The notes: generated by a model from the letters alone, not told the origin. A stretch of 64,000 nucleotides of DNA from an uncultured Chitinophaga sp. (GCA_964493695.1 CAZBPG010000007.1:329-64328), one strand, 5' to 3'; positions 37,121 to 48,083 are shown, counted from the stretch's first letter. Made by a program: numbers and translations.

Positions 37121-38163
37121 TTTGTAAGGTGGAAAATAACAAAAACCGTTACTGCAATCAGCAACATGGCCCCCGCCTGATGAAGCACTCCGTAGAACAC
37201 CGGAATTTTCCCCACGCAATTCAGCACGGTAAAAATTCCGATAACCGCCTGCAGCAATACAACCACCGGAAACAAATTCAGGCCGAGTTTGAAATATTTA
37301 TCGGTAGTAATGTTTCTGGTTTTGAAAAAGAAAACAGCCACCAGCGCCACCAGCGCGTATGCGGTGAACCGGTGGGCAAACTGAATGAATGTTCTTCCCC
37401 AAAAATCCTGCGCGTTGTAGTTTACAAAACCAACGCTGGTTGCCTTTTCAGTAAACAATGCCGAGGGAATTATCTCTCCGTTCATATCGGGCCAGGTAGG
37501 ATAGGCCAAGCCTGCTTTCATTCCGGAGACAATTCCTCCGAGGAAAATTTGGAGAAAGAGAATGACGAGAATTGCGTAAGCAAGATTGACCATTGACCGG
37601 TGACCGATGTCCATTGAATAGTTAGGCCGGTAAACAGAGAGTGTCATGTAAACCAAATACGTAAACAGGCCCAGCGCAAGAATTAAATGGATGGACAGAT
37701 GAACCGGTGGCACAAACATACCGGTGAGGCCGCTTTTGACCATTATCCAGCCGTATACACCAATCAATCCGCCCCAGATAAACAGCACGCCTATTTTGCG
37801 GAAGAACCCTTTATCGAGCCAGCCCTTGAAAACAAAAAATGTGAAAGGAATGATGAACACAAAACCCATAAAGCGCGCCCAGAACCGGTGGAAGTATTCC
37901 CAGAAGAAAATCCATTTAAACTCGCTCAATTCCATTCCCTCGTTAATGGTTTTGTATTGCACTTTCTGTTTGTAGAGTTCAAACTCCGCATTCCATTCTG
38001 TTTTGTTGAGCGGAGGAACAACTCCTTTCAAAGGTTTCCACTGAGTGATGGATAAACCCGATTCGGTTAAGCGTGTAACCCCGCCCACAATCACCTGAAA
38101 AAAAACCATGGCGCAGCCAATCAATAACCAGGAGCAGACAACTTTACGTGCGAGAGGAGACAT
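37102..38163 (-). CDS. ctaA: COX15/CtaA family heme A synthase
   Basis: About 350 aa, 8 TM segments, with conserved His-containing helices (EYFHR, QFAHR, HQ). ATG at 38163 preferred. Confidence 0.8.
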   Translation of the reverse strand: MSPLARKVVCSWLLIGCAMVFFQVIVGGVTRLTESGLSITQWKPLKGVVPPLNKTEWNAEFELYKQKVQYKTINEGMELSEFKWIFFWEYFHRFWARFMGFVFIIPFTFFVFKGWLDKGFFRKIGVLFIWGGLIGVYGWIMVKSGLTGMFVPPVHLSIHLILALGLFTYLVYMTLSVYRPNYSMDIGHRSMVNLAYAILVILFLQIFLGGIVSGMKAGLAYPTWPDMNGEIIPSALFTEKATSVGFVNYNAQDFWGRTFIQFAHRFTAYALVALVAVFFFKTRNITTDKYFKLGLNLFPVVVLLQAVIGIFTVLNCVGKIPVFYGVLHQAGAMLLIAVTVFVIFHLTKTPKGF

Positions 38164-38277
38164 ATTTCGAACACGAGAATAGAAAACAAAGCCCAAAGCC
38201 CAAAAGGCAAAAAATAAAACAGCCGCTCCATGAATTATGAAGCGGCTGTTAAAGTCCCCTTTAGGGGATTTAGAGGT

Positions 38278-39915
38278 TTAATCTTTATACACTCTTTGCG
38301 AAGCCTTTCCGTTTTTAGTGGTAATGTTCAGCATATACATGCCGGTAGCCAGTGAAGAAATGTCGATAGCATCATGCTGTATTTGCGGTTGCAGAACAAT
38401 TTCGCCAAGCAGGTTAGTCACTTCTATATGGGTGATAACTTCTGCGCCTCTTTCAATAGTCAGCTTACCGGTGGTTGGGTTAGGGTAGATATTAAAAGCA
38501 AGGGCGTTGCTTGCTTCATTAATGGCTGACGGAGTTTCTCCGTAAGCTAAATTGAGCACCGGTGCAAAATCAGGGTTCATGGCATCGTAGTATTCAACTC
38601 TGCCACCGGATGCGTTGGGTGCAGTAATCATAAACTGAGTGATGCTGTTATGATTGATATGCGTAAGTAGTGAAACCGGTAAATCTATACGTACCCAATC
38701 GCCATTGGCACCAAACGAGCCAAAATTGCAACCGGTGCCGTTGGCATCGTCAGCAGCAGTAAAGTCAGTTGCTTCTATACTTGCACTGGCTCCGAAATTT
38801 CCATTCTTCATTTTTACCACGAAACTGTTCGCACTAACCGGATTGGTTCCGGTGAGCGCCTTTCTTCTTAAAAAGATACTTGCTCTTTTTAAAGTGGTAT
38901 CTGCCATACCGGTGGTGTTGAAAGAGAGAATGGTAGCAAATTGCTCACCGCCTGTTTCGCCAACATACGGTATATGGGTGGTATTTCCGGTTGAAGAAAC
39001 CGAACCGGTTTGGTCAGTATCTGAAAGCAGATACATATCGTCCATTAAAAGCTTGTGGTAAAATTTCTGTGTCTGGTAGCTGAACATTTGCTTGTAACCA
39101 TCGGCTGAAAGGTGGTAGCAATCTTTAGTGATGCCGTAGTCGCGCATAGAAACTTTAGGCGAAGGCAAGGTGGGGTCACCGTGCGGAAGAGGAACCGAGA
39201 AAGGCGGATAGCTTACCCCCGGTGGCACGGCCAGTGCGGGATTTTGCCCGTACACATATTGCATGAGGCCCGAAGCATCGATAAAGTGCACATTGGGAGT
39301 AGTGTCGCAATAGGCTTGTACCTGTGCCGAAATAGAATTTTGCAGGTTGTTGATTTGCGCAAAACTTGGGTCTTGCATACTATGCCAGGTGCTGTAGAAA
39401 GGATGCGAAGTAGGCGCAATGAAAGTGGTAATTACCTCTTCGAAGTTGGTGTAGCAATAGCCGCTCCACAAAACTTTGATGCCTGGTTTGCAGGTTTTAA
39501 TAAACCGGATGATAGAATCAAGCCGCTCAAAAACCGCTGAGGTTAAAGTATCTGTTTGACCCTGTGTCATGTTCTTGTTCCAGTCGCCCAGAAAGTCGTT
39601 GCCGCCAATGCTCAGGTGCACCACTTCAATAGAAGGGTTCAGCGTAAGCTGGTTTAAAATTTCAGCTTGTTCAGCCGGTTTCTGAAAATCGTCTGTCTGC
39701 GCACCGTTTACTGCGAGCGTAGAGTTGCTGATAGCTTTGTAATTAGAAAAACCCCAGGTTTTTAAAACGCTGTTGATGGTTCCATCGGTGTTCATGAACC
39801 ATGCCCAGCTATCGCCTACCAAAAGCACTTTGGGTTCGTTGACTTCCGCGCACTGCGCAAGCGTTTTTCCAACCGAAACGGCAAGAAATAAAAAGAGTAA
39901 AATTATTCTGTTCAT
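38278..39915 (-). CDS. SGNH/GDSL-like hydrolase with T9SS C-terminal sorting domain
   Basis: 545 aa. Signal ...TLA/QC. GDSW block near the N-terminus. C-terminal YPNPTTGKL...GMYML...V sorting domain. Confidence 0.75.
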   Translation of the reverse strand: MNRIILLFLFLAVSVGKTLAQCAEVNEPKVLLVGDSWAWFMNTDGTINSVLKTWGFSNYKAISNSTLAVNGAQTDDFQKPAEQAEILNQLTLNPSIEVVHLSIGGNDFLGDWNKNMTQGQTDTLTSAVFERLDSIIRFIKTCKPGIKVLWSGYCYTNFEEVITTFIAPTSHPFYSTWHSMQDPSFAQINNLQNSISAQVQAYCDTTPNVHFIDASGLMQYVYGQNPALAVPPGVSYPPFSVPLPHGDPTLPSPKVSMRDYGITKDCYHLSADGYKQMFSYQTQKFYHKLLMDDMYLLSDTDQTGSVSSTGNTTHIPYVGETGGEQFATILSFNTTGMADTTLKRASIFLRRKALTGTNPVSANSFVVKMKNGNFGASASIEATDFTAADDANGTGCNFGSFGANGDWVRIDLPVSLLTHINHNSITQFMITAPNASGGRVEYYDAMNPDFAPVLNLAYGETPSAINEASNALAFNIYPNPTTGKLTIERGAEVITHIEVTNLLGEIVLQPQIQHDAIDISSLATGMYMLNITTKNGKASQRVYKD

Positions 39916-40004
39916 ACTGTTGAGCTTTGTTTTATGATAATGAAAGTAACGATTTCAATTAAGGTTTACCCTTCGACTACGCTCAGGGTGACATGTCTTC
40001 TTGT

Positions 40005-41504
40005 TTATTTTTCAATCACCACTTTGCGGGTGGCCGTTGTTCCGTCAGTAAGGGTAATGTAAAGAAGGTAGATGCCGCTGTTCATGCTGCTAACATCCAG
40101 TGTTTTGATAAACGCATTTACCGCATTTATGTCTTTCACTATTCTTCCGGTGGCATCGAACAGGCGAACAGTTGAAATTGGTTTTTGTTCAGGATTGATA
40201 TAAATGTTCAACTCGTTTGCTGCCGGGTTCGGAAACAATTTCATCTCTACCGTTTCGCGCACTTCGTTTATTCCGCTCCAGGTCCAGTTGGTGAAGTTAG
40301 GGTCTATAAACAATTTGTAAAGGCGCGGAAGCGTGTAACCCATAATGGTGTCCATGTACCGGTCGGCTTTGCTTGGCGTTGCCCAGTTGTTCGAATTGCC
40401 GGGGTCGGCCAGGTTTTGCATTTGCTGCGAGTTGGTAAAGCAGTTAGGGTCATACCAGTTCCACGGTTCAAAATACTGGCCGTAGAAAGGATACAGCCCT
40501 TCGATAGATGTAGTAGTGGCTCCGTTGCCGTCTTTGTTAGGCGGGCCCTGCATAAAGCTGTTCGGCATAAACACGTTGTTGTTTCCCTTGGCATCTACAT
40601 ACGGCATAAAATCGCCCGAGCCGCTTACTTCAATAACCGGCTGACCGGTGGTAGTGGTAACAATAGCTGTGTTATACGGAGTGCCGGTTTCGTTTAATCC
40701 CTGAAAAGCAATAACCGGTGGTTCACCGGGCTGAATCCAGGAGGTATCGCCTACCGCTCCGCCCAGTGCCAGTACACATTGAAAGCGCGAGGAGATGCCC
40801 GGATAGTTATCGTAGTTCTGCACCCCGCCAAAGCCTTCGAAATCGCCCAGCGTATCCTGCTTTATAAACGGACCGTTGCTGCCCCAGAATTTAAGGTTGG
40901 AAAGTTCGGCCGTGTCGTTCATTGAGCCGCAAGCCAATGCCACATAAGCACCGGAGTTGCTTCCGCCAATAACAATTTTACCGGTATCAATGCCATACGA
41001 GTTGGCGTTGTTGGCAAAATCGTTTTTAAAATAACGCACCAGCACTTTTGAATCCTGCATGGCGCGGTAAACGGCACGTATAATGGTAGCGGTGCGCACT
41101 TCCTGCACGCTGGAAGAGGCACTCCAGCCCAGGCGGTAATCGTACGAAACGGCTACATAGCCCCTGCGCGCAAAACGCTTGCAGAGTTCAACAATCGAAG
41201 AATCTTTGCGCTCGGCAAAGCATAAGCCTACTAAGTTATTAGTAATGTAAGCAGGCAGAAAAGAGCCGTTGTGCGAAAGTAAGATGACAGGGCGATTGGT
41301 GGCAGTATCGCCCAACGGCCGATACACCGTCATCACCAGCGGCTGCGGAATGGTGTAACCGGTATAGTGTTCGTAGTTCTGCCCGTATACTACACTGTCG
41401 GTTACCTGCACGTTGCTGAACACTTCATTGAGGTAACGGGTTTGTGCCTGTGTGGCGAAAACTGCGGTAAGTAAGGCAATAGCGAGTAAAAGTTTTTTAT
41501 TCAT
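40005..41504 (-). CDS. Alpha/beta-hydrolase (esterase/lipase-like) with T9SS C-terminal sorting domain
   Basis: 499 aa. Signal ...TQA/QT. GGSNSGA nucleophile elbow (GxSxG). C-terminal FPNPA...GIYLL sorting domain. Confidence 0.8.
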   Translation of the reverse strand: MNKKLLLAIALLTAVFATQAQTRYLNEVFSNVQVTDSVVYGQNYEHYTGYTIPQPLVMTVYRPLGDTATNRPVILLSHNGSFLPAYITNNLVGLCFAERKDSSIVELCKRFARRGYVAVSYDYRLGWSASSSVQEVRTATIIRAVYRAMQDSKVLVRYFKNDFANNANSYGIDTGKIVIGGSNSGAYVALACGSMNDTAELSNLKFWGSNGPFIKQDTLGDFEGFGGVQNYDNYPGISSRFQCVLALGGAVGDTSWIQPGEPPVIAFQGLNETGTPYNTAIVTTTTGQPVIEVSGSGDFMPYVDAKGNNNVFMPNSFMQGPPNKDGNGATTTSIEGLYPFYGQYFEPWNWYDPNCFTNSQQMQNLADPGNSNNWATPSKADRYMDTIMGYTLPRLYKLFIDPNFTNWTWSGINEVRETVEMKLFPNPAANELNIYINPEQKPISTVRLFDATGRIVKDINAVNAFIKTLDVSSMNSGIYLLYITLTDGTTATRKVVIEK

Positions 41505-41595
41505 ACTTCGTTAATTTTAAAATGAATTCATGAATCTTCGATTTCATGAGCGTATCTGTATTTTTAAGCGACTGTGAAATAAACATTATTTGCGT

Positions 41596-41615
41596 AACCC
41601 CGAAAGGGTTCTAAA
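41596..41615. repeat. Half copy of the REP-like palindrome (left arm only)
   Basis: AACCCCGAAAGGGTTCTAAA, followed by unrelated sequence. Confidence 0.7.
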
Positions 41616-41787
41616 TCATAAATCACTTCCCATCCATTCTACTCTCGCAGAATCCCGAAGCGGAAATGCTGCGGGTGTAGATAAACTAAAGGCAGTTTGT
41701 GAGGGGCAGGGAAATTTTAGCGATGAAGCAACTGCTTAACAACTTTGCAAACCGGAGCCTAACGGACACCCCCGCTTTAAAGAAAGG

Positions 41788-41978
41788 TTAACGACAGATA
41801 TGACGACAGCTTAACGATAAACCACGACAACTGAACGACAATGCACGAAAGGTTAACGATAAACCACGACAGCTTAACGACAATGCACGAAAGGCTAACG
41901 ACAAACCGCGACAGTTTAACGACAATTCACGCAAGGCTAACGATAAACCACGACAGCTTAACGACAATCCAAAGCAAG
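41788..41978. repeat. Tandem array of nine 21-bp units (YTAACGAYAA-N-CACGA...), alternating two subtypes to give a 42-bp higher-order repeat
   Basis: Unit starts at 41788, 41811, 41832, 41853, 41874, 41895, 41916, 41937 and 41958. Two degenerate units lie upstream at ~41736 and ~41759. Confidence 0.9.
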
Positions 41979-42098
41979 ATAATGGAGCCGGAAGAATAAA
42001 AACCGGTTAAAAACAAATGAAAAAGATAACTAAATTGCAGATGCCCGATAAATTACCGATTCGCGAAGGCCGTCTTCGCTGCTGCGCGTGTCTTTAAC

Positions 42099-45092
42099 TT
42101 ACGGATTCTTCTTCTTCCGCTTCATCAGCGTTTCGGCATCAATATCAACTAAGATAGAAGCGTAAATCATCCGCCCTATACCCGGCCCGCCATACGCTTG
42201 GTAATTCCGTTTCGAAACCAAATTGCTGCCGCCTAATTTAAAGGTGGTGTAAATCTTTTTCACCTCCCAGTTCACCTGCGCATCCAGCAGCGAGTAGGTA
42301 GGTATAGAACCGGTAAACTGCGGAGAGCCCTCGAAGGTAAAACCCTGAATCCATTTATAAGTGAGGTTAAAGCCAAAGCCCTTGGCCTTGCCCAGTTGTA
42401 TGTTGCTGCCGCTTATGCCCACATTAAATTTATGCTCCGGTGTGTTAAAGGCGGGTATGATAGGGTCGCTGCTGCCCAGTTTGTTCAACCGGTTCCAGCT
42501 GTAGTTTCCGTTCAGCGAGTAATTGCGGATGAAATAATAATTGAACCCGATAGATGCCCCGTAAGTCATTATCCGGTCGGGCGAGTTGGCGGCCACGCGG
42601 TAAACCTGCTTGGGTTGTTTGGTAAAACCTATCTGCTGCAGCGTAAGCCCTATTTGGTAGCCGAGGAAATACCGGTAGAAACTTACATACGCACTGGCAT
42701 CAATAAAAAGTTTTTTGGCAATAATGCCTTTATAGCCCAACTCTAAGCTCTGCACTTTCTCGGGGCGAACCTTGGGCACGTTTACATACTTTAGCATAGA
42801 ATCAAGGGGCGTGGCACTGTTGTTATATTCCCGGTACGATTCTATGGTAACCAGCGAATCGAACCCGTTCAGGTTGCCCACCAGTATGGCGCGCCCGACA
42901 TTGTAATACAGATACTGGTCTTGCAGCGTGGGGTTTCTGATAGCCGAAGTAAACGACAAACGAAGGGTGTGGTTGTTCTTATAAGAATAAACCAGCGAGG
43001 CAGCCGGTGTGGCTATCACCGGAAAGTTTTGGTTTTTATCTATCCGGCACGAAGCGGTGATAATGAAAGAATGGTTTTTCTCTTTTCCGAAATCAAATTT
43101 TCTAGAGGCACTTATATATGCCCCGACCTCCCAGTTTAAAATTTTCCTATACCGGTAGTTGTTTTTAAAGGTCGTATCAACAAATGTATATTCAATGCCA
43201 CCAATAACCTCTTTCCTCTCGGTTACAATTGTATCTACTGACGCAATTCCAATTGCTGTATCGCTGAAAATAGTTCCGCGCGAATCGGGTAAAAATATTC
43301 TGAAACTTGCACCGGCAGTAATATCCATAAAAGGCTTCTCTGCTCCTTTTAACTTCGGTGTAAAATGATACTCCCCCTGCACATGCACTAATTTCGACCG
43401 GTCGTAAAACAAAGTGCCGTGCTGGTCAAACGCGGTGCGCGAAACAATATCGTTGAAAACAGAATCGTAAAGTGCTGTACCGGGAACTAGTCTTGCTTTG
43501 CCACCGAACTGTGTAAAAGTATCGGCAAAGTTGCGCGCCATTTCATGCCACAGGTTAAGCGAATCCTGATAAGCTGCCATAATAGAATTGGCAACCGCAT
43601 TAGTAGAATCGTAATTGATATACCACGGATTTTGTGCAAACGGCAGATTCGGATTCGGAAACCCCGGCAGGTTCCGCACGCGCGATGCCGGTGACGGAAT
43701 ACCCACAGCGCCATTGCTCCAAAATTTTTGATAATCCTGCGCCCACTTGTTATCGGTCTTCGAATACTCCTGCATTTTCAGTGCAGTAAAAACAGCATCA
43801 TACGAATTGCCCGAATTTTCTAAAGTGGTATAAGCGCGGATAAAAAATTTATCGGGCTGAGAAAATTCCAGCTTCGCCTGCTGAAACATAAGCCCTTTTA
43901 AACTGTACCGGTTATCGCCCTGGTAAACCGTAGTACCGGTGCCGAAGTTGTAAGAGGCTTTCACTTCAATTTTATCAGTAATCTTATACGCCAGCAACGC
44001 GTTAGCTTTAATGTTACGCGCATTGTAGTTCACCAAGTTTTTTTCCAGGTATCCTGTTCTGAAAAATTGCTTCAGCCCCACATACGGTGCCTGCCGGTTA
44101 AAGTATGAGTTATCAAAATTGTTGACTTCTTGCGTCAGCAACTCATCCCCATACCGGTTCACCGCATCATACCCACCTGCATTGCCTGCCGGTTGCCACG
44201 ATTTGGTAGAAGCCGACATGTTATCGGCTACCCAGTCATCTGCCCGCAGGTAACTGAAGTTCAGTTTGTAGGCAAACTTATCGGTGCCGGCTTTGTTCTT
44301 TATCACCTGCGCCCAGCGGGCAGCCCCTTCAAACAAATTGCGCTCCGCTCCTTTTACAAAAACCGTAAGCCCCGGATAGTAAAACGGATTCTTCGTTTGC
44401 ATATTAATGACACCGTTGAAAGCATTCGGCCCGTACATCGAAGACGAAGCCCCCACAATCAAATCCACTTTCTGAATATCAATTTCGGTAGCCCCGGCAA
44501 AATTGCCCACACTGAAATTTAAACCCGGTGCCTGATTATCGGCACCGTCCAGCAACTGCAGCGAGCGTACCGGTGAGGTGGAATTAAAGCCGCGCGTGTT
44601 GATGATAACAAAGCCGAGCGAAGCGGCAGTCATGTCTACCCCTTTCAATCCGCCCAGGCCTTCATAAAAAGTTGAAGAAGCAGTCTGCTTAATGGCTTGC
44701 AAACCCATGCTCTCTATAGTAAGCGGAGATTCTTTTTGTTTTTGTGTAATGCGCGTGTCTACAATCTCTACATCCTTCAGAATTTTTTCTTCGGCACCCA
44801 GTTTAATATTGAACGAACGCTTTAAATCGGCAGCGGTTTTAATTTCAAATTCCTGAGGGGCATAGCCGATGTAAGAAAACAAAAGCGTAAACGGAGGTTG
44901 CTGGGTTATCTTCAAGAGAAATTTTCCGTCAAGGTCAGTAGCCGTACCGGTAGCAGTTCCCTTCACCGAAACGGTGGCACCAATCAGGGCTTCACCGGTT
45001 TGTTTGTCCAGCAAAATTCCCGAAACCTCCTGCGAAAAAATAAAGGAGATGAAAAGCAAACTGTGAAAAAGAAGGAGTAAAGATTTTTTCAT
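42099..45092 (-). CDS. TonB-dependent receptor with N-terminal carboxypeptidase-regulatory-like domain
   Basis: 997 aa. Signal ...IFS/QE. CarbopepD_reg-like start (VSGILLDKQTGEALIGATV), plug domain and a large beta-barrel. Confidence 0.9.
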   Translation of the reverse strand: MKKSLLLLFHSLLFISFIFSQEVSGILLDKQTGEALIGATVSVKGTATGTATDLDGKFLLKITQQPPFTLLFSYIGYAPQEFEIKTAADLKRSFNIKLGAEEKILKDVEIVDTRITQKQKESPLTIESMGLQAIKQTASSTFYEGLGGLKGVDMTAASLGFVIINTRGFNSTSPVRSLQLLDGADNQAPGLNFSVGNFAGATEIDIQKVDLIVGASSSMYGPNAFNGVINMQTKNPFYYPGLTVFVKGAERNLFEGAARWAQVIKNKAGTDKFAYKLNFSYLRADDWVADNMSASTKSWQPAGNAGGYDAVNRYGDELLTQEVNNFDNSYFNRQAPYVGLKQFFRTGYLEKNLVNYNARNIKANALLAYKITDKIEVKASYNFGTGTTVYQGDNRYSLKGLMFQQAKLEFSQPDKFFIRAYTTLENSGNSYDAVFTALKMQEYSKTDNKWAQDYQKFWSNGAVGIPSPASRVRNLPGFPNPNLPFAQNPWYINYDSTNAVANSIMAAYQDSLNLWHEMARNFADTFTQFGGKARLVPGTALYDSVFNDIVSRTAFDQHGTLFYDRSKLVHVQGEYHFTPKLKGAEKPFMDITAGASFRIFLPDSRGTIFSDTAIGIASVDTIVTERKEVIGGIEYTFVDTTFKNNYRYRKILNWEVGAYISASRKFDFGKEKNHSFIITASCRIDKNQNFPVIATPAASLVYSYKNNHTLRLSFTSAIRNPTLQDQYLYYNVGRAILVGNLNGFDSLVTIESYREYNNSATPLDSMLKYVNVPKVRPEKVQSLELGYKGIIAKKLFIDASAYVSFYRYFLGYQIGLTLQQIGFTKQPKQVYRVAANSPDRIMTYGASIGFNYYFIRNYSLNGNYSWNRLNKLGSSDPIIPAFNTPEHKFNVGISGSNIQLGKAKGFGFNLTYKWIQGFTFEGSPQFTGSIPTYSLLDAQVNWEVKKIYTTFKLGGSNLVSKRNYQAYGGPGIGRMIYASILVDIDAETLMKRKKKNP

Positions 45093-45138
45093 TCTTAGTC
45101 AGCGATGATAAGAAATGAAAAGTAAATCGAAAAAATCA

Positions 45139-46398
45139 TCAGTAGAAAACTATCCGCTCCACTTTGCCAGAAGCGCTTTTCGAATCAGAAACATGGATCA
45201 GAAAAACACCGGCACCTAATTGCTGTTTCGAAACAGTTTGCGAAGACTGAGCAGGTAAAATTTTCCGGTGCAACAATTTTCCCTCAACCGAAAAAATTTC
45301 AACCGTCAAATCCTTATCAGAATTAGAATAGATGGTTGTCACATCCCCGCTCGGATTCGGAAACACCGAAACCGGAATTTCAGTATCAATATCTTCAACA
45401 CCTGAAATAGTGGTAGGGTCGCAGGTCGTATTCTGGAAAAGAAAATCGCGCACTATCCAAACGGTTGAATCCATATAAGTGGAAGCCGGAGGAAGAAACG
45501 GAATAGGCAAAATATACGGCACATGGTCTGCTCCTTCAAATAGATAAAGCGAGTGGTTCAGCCCGATGTGCTCCAAGCGGTTTTTAATATCGCCACCGCC
45601 AAACAATAAGCTTTCGGGATGTGTGGAAGCATAAACGCTATCGAAGTAACATGAAACAGTAGCATCAGCTGTTCCGTGTACGCCAACCAAAATAGGGTCA
45701 CCGGGCATCGCCCAAACCGTATCAGCTATACCACCGCACAAATCAATCACTCCTTTTACTTTTGATGAATAGCCGGGGTTTCCGCTGTTGCCTTCCGGTC
45801 CTCCCAGCGAGTCAAGGGCCGGCCGCGCCCAGTCCGGCTCTGTGCGCGAAAGTGTATCCTCTTTACCGTAAGCATAATTCAAACCGATAAAGGCACCGGC
45901 AGAACTTCCTCCAATCCATATCTGATTAGTGTCAATCCGGAAAGTTTTGGTGGTCTGTGCATCTTTATAAAAATACCGCACCGCTGCTTTCATATCCTGC
46001 ACCCCGCGCATCAATGCTTTAAATTGGTTGGTGTCGCAGTCGCTTCCGTCTTCAAAACCCAACCGGTAATCAATAGAAGCACACACATAACCCCTCTTTG
46101 AAAAGTTATCGCAAAGCTGAATGATGTCTGGGCTTAAACGGGTGCCCGCTGTAAAGCTTCCGGGAAAAGCAAACACCAAAAGCGGCCGGTAAGCTAAATT
46201 GTCACCGGTTGGCTGATAGACATCCATCTTTAAATCAACAAACGAACTGTCAAACTGCATAGCGTTGCCAAACGTAACAGTGGATGTGGTTTGCGAAAAA
46301 ATCTTGTCGTAATAACGACCGTTGCCGCATTGCGCAGTAACATCAGAGAAAAGGAAAACAAAAACCGAGAGACAGAGAATAGAGTAGATGTTTCTCAT
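45139..46398 (-). CDS. Alpha/beta-hydrolase (esterase) with T9SS C-terminal sorting domain
   Basis: ATG at 46398 gives a signal peptide ...VTA/QC. GGSSAGA nucleophile elbow. C-terminal FPNPS...GVFLI sorting domain. Confidence 0.8.
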   Translation of the reverse strand: MRNIYSILCLSVFVFLFSDVTAQCGNGRYYDKIFSQTTSTVTFGNAMQFDSSFVDLKMDVYQPTGDNLAYRPLLVFAFPGSFTAGTRLSPDIIQLCDNFSKRGYVCASIDYRLGFEDGSDCDTNQFKALMRGVQDMKAAVRYFYKDAQTTKTFRIDTNQIWIGGSSAGAFIGLNYAYGKEDTLSRTEPDWARPALDSLGGPEGNSGNPGYSSKVKGVIDLCGGIADTVWAMPGDPILVGVHGTADATVSCYFDSVYASTHPESLLFGGGDIKNRLEHIGLNHSLYLFEGADHVPYILPIPFLPPASTYMDSTVWIVRDFLFQNTTCDPTTISGVEDIDTEIPVSVFPNPSGDVTTIYSNSDKDLTVEIFSVEGKLLHRKILPAQSSQTVSKQQLGAGVFLIHVSDSKSASGKVERIVFY

Positions 46399-46482
46399 AC
46401 CGTTATGATTTTGTAAAGCGAAAAGTAGAGAAAAGAAACTGAACGAAGGAATTGGATATAAGCAGTTAAGGATCGGCAAACA

Positions 46483-47457
46483 TTATCCGGTTTTCATAAC
46501 CTGTTCAACAACCCATTGATAGGTTTTTTCAATTCCTTTGCGAAGAGGATAATCAGGTTGCCATCCGAGTTTTTCAGCAATAAGCCAGTTGTCAGAATTT
46601 CTGCCTCTTACTCCGGTTGGTCCCGGAATATTTTTGATAGAAATTTTTTTGCCTGAAATTTCAATAATCATTTTCGCCAAGTCGTTAATCGAAATCATTT
46701 CTTCCGAACCGATGTTCACCGGTCCCTCAAAATTGCTTTCCATCAACCGGCTCACGCCTTCCAAGCACTCATCAATGTATAAAAACGACCGCGTCTGATT
46801 TCCATCGCCCCAGATTTCTATTTCATCACCGTCCTTAGCCAAAGCAACTTTACGGCATAAGGCAGCAGGCGCTTTTTCCTTTCCACCCCGCCATTCATTT
46901 TCCGGTCCGAAAACATTATGAAAGCGGGCAATCCTTACCGGGACACCATGATTGCGCGCAAACGACAAATAGAGGCGTTCGCCAAAAAGTTTTTCCCAGC
47001 CGTACTCGCTGTCCGGGTTTGCCGGATAAGCAGACTCTTCGCTGCATAAAGGGTTGCTCGGGTCCAATTGGTTGTGTGTAGGGTAAATGCAGGCTGAAGA
47101 GGAGTAGAATACACGCTCAACTTTCGTTTGCTTACAGAGGTTCAACACATTAAGATTGATAAGAGCCGAGTTATACATCACATCGGCATCGTTGTCACCG
47201 GTGAAAATGTATCCGGCTCCGCCCATATCTGCCGCCAGCTGATAAACATGATGAAATTCTGGTTTAAAAATTTCAGCACAAAATTTCTGATCTCTTAAAT
47301 CGCCTTTTATGAAACTGTCGGCTGATGTAGGAGAGTACTCCGGTAACTGTAAATCAACCCCGGTTACATAAAAGCCCTTGCCCTTTAGTTCTCTCACCAG
47401 GTGATTACCTATAAATCCGCCTGCTCCGCAGACTAATATTTTCTTCACATCCGCCAT
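46483..47457 (-). CDS. NAD-dependent epimerase/dehydratase (extended SDR, GDP-mannose 3,5-epimerase-like)
   Basis: GAGGFIG Rossmann motif and YxxxK-type catalytic region. ATG at 47457 preferred. Confidence 0.8.
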   Translation of the reverse strand: MADVKKILVCGAGGFIGNHLVRELKGKGFYVTGVDLQLPEYSPTSADSFIKGDLRDQKFCAEIFKPEFHHVYQLAADMGGAGYIFTGDNDADVMYNSALINLNVLNLCKQTKVERVFYSSSACIYPTHNQLDPSNPLCSEESAYPANPDSEYGWEKLFGERLYLSFARNHGVPVRIARFHNVFGPENEWRGGKEKAPAALCRKVALAKDGDEIEIWGDGNQTRSFLYIDECLEGVSRLMESNFEGPVNIGSEEMISINDLAKMIIEISGKKISIKNIPGPTGVRGRNSDNWLIAEKLGWQPDYPLRKGIEKTYQWVVEQVMKTG

Positions 47458-47692
47458 TTTTCTCAAATCAAGTAATTTATTTTTAAACCAGTCTGTATTG
47501 TACTGTAGAGTTGTTGCCTATTGACACTATGACTGACCAATCTCACCTTCTTTTATAAGGTTAGTCAGTCATTTATACAACCCATTGTTCATTCTTCGCA
47601 GCAATATTATCAGCCGGTATTACTGTAACACAAGGATAGAATCGCTTCTCGGATAATATAAGTACGGATTTCTAATCATTAAATAAATAAAC

Positions 47693-48070
47693 ATGAAAGC
47701 ATCATTGAATTTCTTACATCACCAAATTACAGATTGGTTACGCGAAACAGATTTTTACAAACAGGAAATTTCCATTCTTGAAAAACGCCTTCAGGAAGTA
47801 GCAGCCAAAAATACCGCCCAGGAAGTATTGGCGCAGGTAGAACATTTTCAGAACAAGTTTATACTTAACAAAGAGCAGTTGGACATTCTTTCACATGATT
47901 TGAGAAAGGAAGAATCTGCAGTGGAAGAAAAAGCCAAACAAACTCCGGAACACACACACGAAAAATTTGTGCCAACACAAGACAAAATGCAGGAGCGAAT
48001 GAAGATGTTTGCATCCGGGTTTGCCGATCTTCGTTTTGAGTTCAATAGTTTCCTTAGTAAGGCCCTGTAA
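47693..48070 (+). CDS. Hypothetical helical protein
   Basis: 125-aa ORF, predicted helical/coiled coil, followed by a hairpin. No family recognised. Confidence 0.5.
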   Translation: MKASLNFLHHQITDWLRETDFYKQEISILEKRLQEVAAKNTAQEVLAQVEHFQNKFILNKEQLDILSHDLRKEESAVEEKAKQTPEHTHEKFVPTQDKMQERMKMFASGFADLRFEFNSFLSKAL

Positions 48071-48083
48071 AGCTTAACCTCAC

